DNA of 35,244 bases from a virus (lineage: Duplodnaviria > Caudoviricetes), in the IMG/VR virus record IMGVR_UViG_3300032280_000431, positions 1-35,244 of that record; one strand, written 5' to 3'. The position numbers and the translations under genes were made by a program. Under the pieces are notes generated by a model. The model saw only the letters and a program-made list of their open reading frames with translations. It searched no databases and was not told the origin of the DNA. This document shows positions 34,504-35,244 of the stretch, one piece after another; position 1 is the first letter of the stretch, and every line of letters begins with the position of its first letter.

Positions 34504-35244
34504 CCATCTGAAGTCCTGAAGCTCCATTCTCCTGACTTATACTCACCTTCAAAGGCTTTGATCCATTGGGTGCCTTCCCATTGGTATTTGATACCTGTGC
34601 GTATATTTTGTATATAGGTCGGACTAAATTCCTCACCTAGTATGTCTGCTGCCTCTAAGGTGTTTGCTTCGGGATCCCATATTGTGGTCCATGTACGCCC
34701 AGTCCACTCTATAATAGAGTTGGCTTTGATAATTGGATCTGTGCCATCTTGATTTTCCCAAGATGAATCGTTGTTGCTGGGTTCTCTCCAGGCCTGCGGT
34801 CCACGATAAGGCACACTGGTACTGTCTGCAGGTTGAGAAGGAAGATTGATGTAACCACCACGATTTACACTGTTATTGACATCGTCTAGCATTAAAAATC
34901 TCAACCCCAACGGTATGTCTGCGTGTGAGCCATACACTTCTAGCGGATTATACTTGTAGGGATCTATAATAGCATCCACTGTGCCTCTGGCACTGATTCC
35001 CGGTATGGAGCTGGGTATATCAGTGTTGCCTGGATATGTATCCGTATCCAAGGACACTACTAATATGCTGGGATCCAGTGGGTTAATTACAAATGTTCCT
35101 ACTATTTTTAATCCGTTGGATTTTCCAAACAAAACTTCACTACCAGGAACATATCCGCCTTGTGTATTTAATATTATATTCCAATCAATCGGCTCACCGT
35201 TTTTCACTTCCTTTTCACCGAGCCCCAGTGACGTCACAGCCTCT
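34500..35244 (-). CDS. Partial gene (5' end outside the window), probable neck/tail structural protein C-terminus
   Basis: The frame is open to the window edge. Trp-rich C-terminus ANSIIEW..W..KYQWEGTQW.KAFEGEY..GEW. Function is uncertain. Confidence 0.6.
   Translation of the reverse strand, partial: EAVTSLGLGEKEVKNGEPIDWNIILNTQGGYVPGSEVLFGKSNGLKIVGTFVINPLDPSILVVSLDTDTYPGNTDIPSSIPGISARGTVDAIIDPYKYNPLEVYGSHADIPLGLRFLMLDDVNNSVNRGGYINLPSQPADSTSVPYRGPQAWREPSNNDSSWENQDGTDPIIKANSIIEWTGRTWTTIWDPEANTLEAADILGEEFSPTYIQNIRTGIKYQWEGTQWIKAFEGEYKSGEWSFRTSDG

Noticed and set aside
1-35244. Stop-codon reassignment as seen in some large phages
   Set aside because: Genes are intact and densely packed under code 11. 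TAA, TAG (e.g. 26897, 28611) and TGA (ATGA overlaps) all end genes at sensible domain boundaries.
1-35244. CRISPR array, tRNA, rRNA, integrase or transposase
   Set aside because: No spaced direct repeats, cloverleafs or mobile-element motifs were seen, and intergenic gaps are very short.

Overview
Part of a large T4-like (gp23-type capsid) bacteriophage genome, standard genetic code. 1-24314 (+) is a late/virion module. It holds the 3' end of a probable scaffold gene, the major capsid protein with a C(UUCG)G terminator, several paralogous structural genes, two giant paralogous fibre/baseplate-like proteins (1854 and 2554 aa), a tail fibre with a peptidase-S74 chaperone, three tandem paralogous tip-like proteins and a fibre-chaperone-like protein. 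24323-33806 is a visibly AT-richer island with 11 2OG-Fe(II) dioxygenase domains (3 on +, 8 on -), an SGNH-oxygenase fusion, a GT10-like glycosyltransferase and one unknown. The right end (-) has a small helical protein, a degenerate Nudix-like protein and a truncated probable structural gene. TAAATA late-promoter cores precede many genes. Best leads: (i) a possible virion-tailoring system, pairing the enzyme array with recurrent D-(G)-S-[T/S] loops inserted into the structural proteins; (ii) two candidate structured 5' leader RNAs; (iii) phycobiliprotein-like CxRD helical repeats in the giant protein. All family calls come from motif recognition by eye; no database searches were run.
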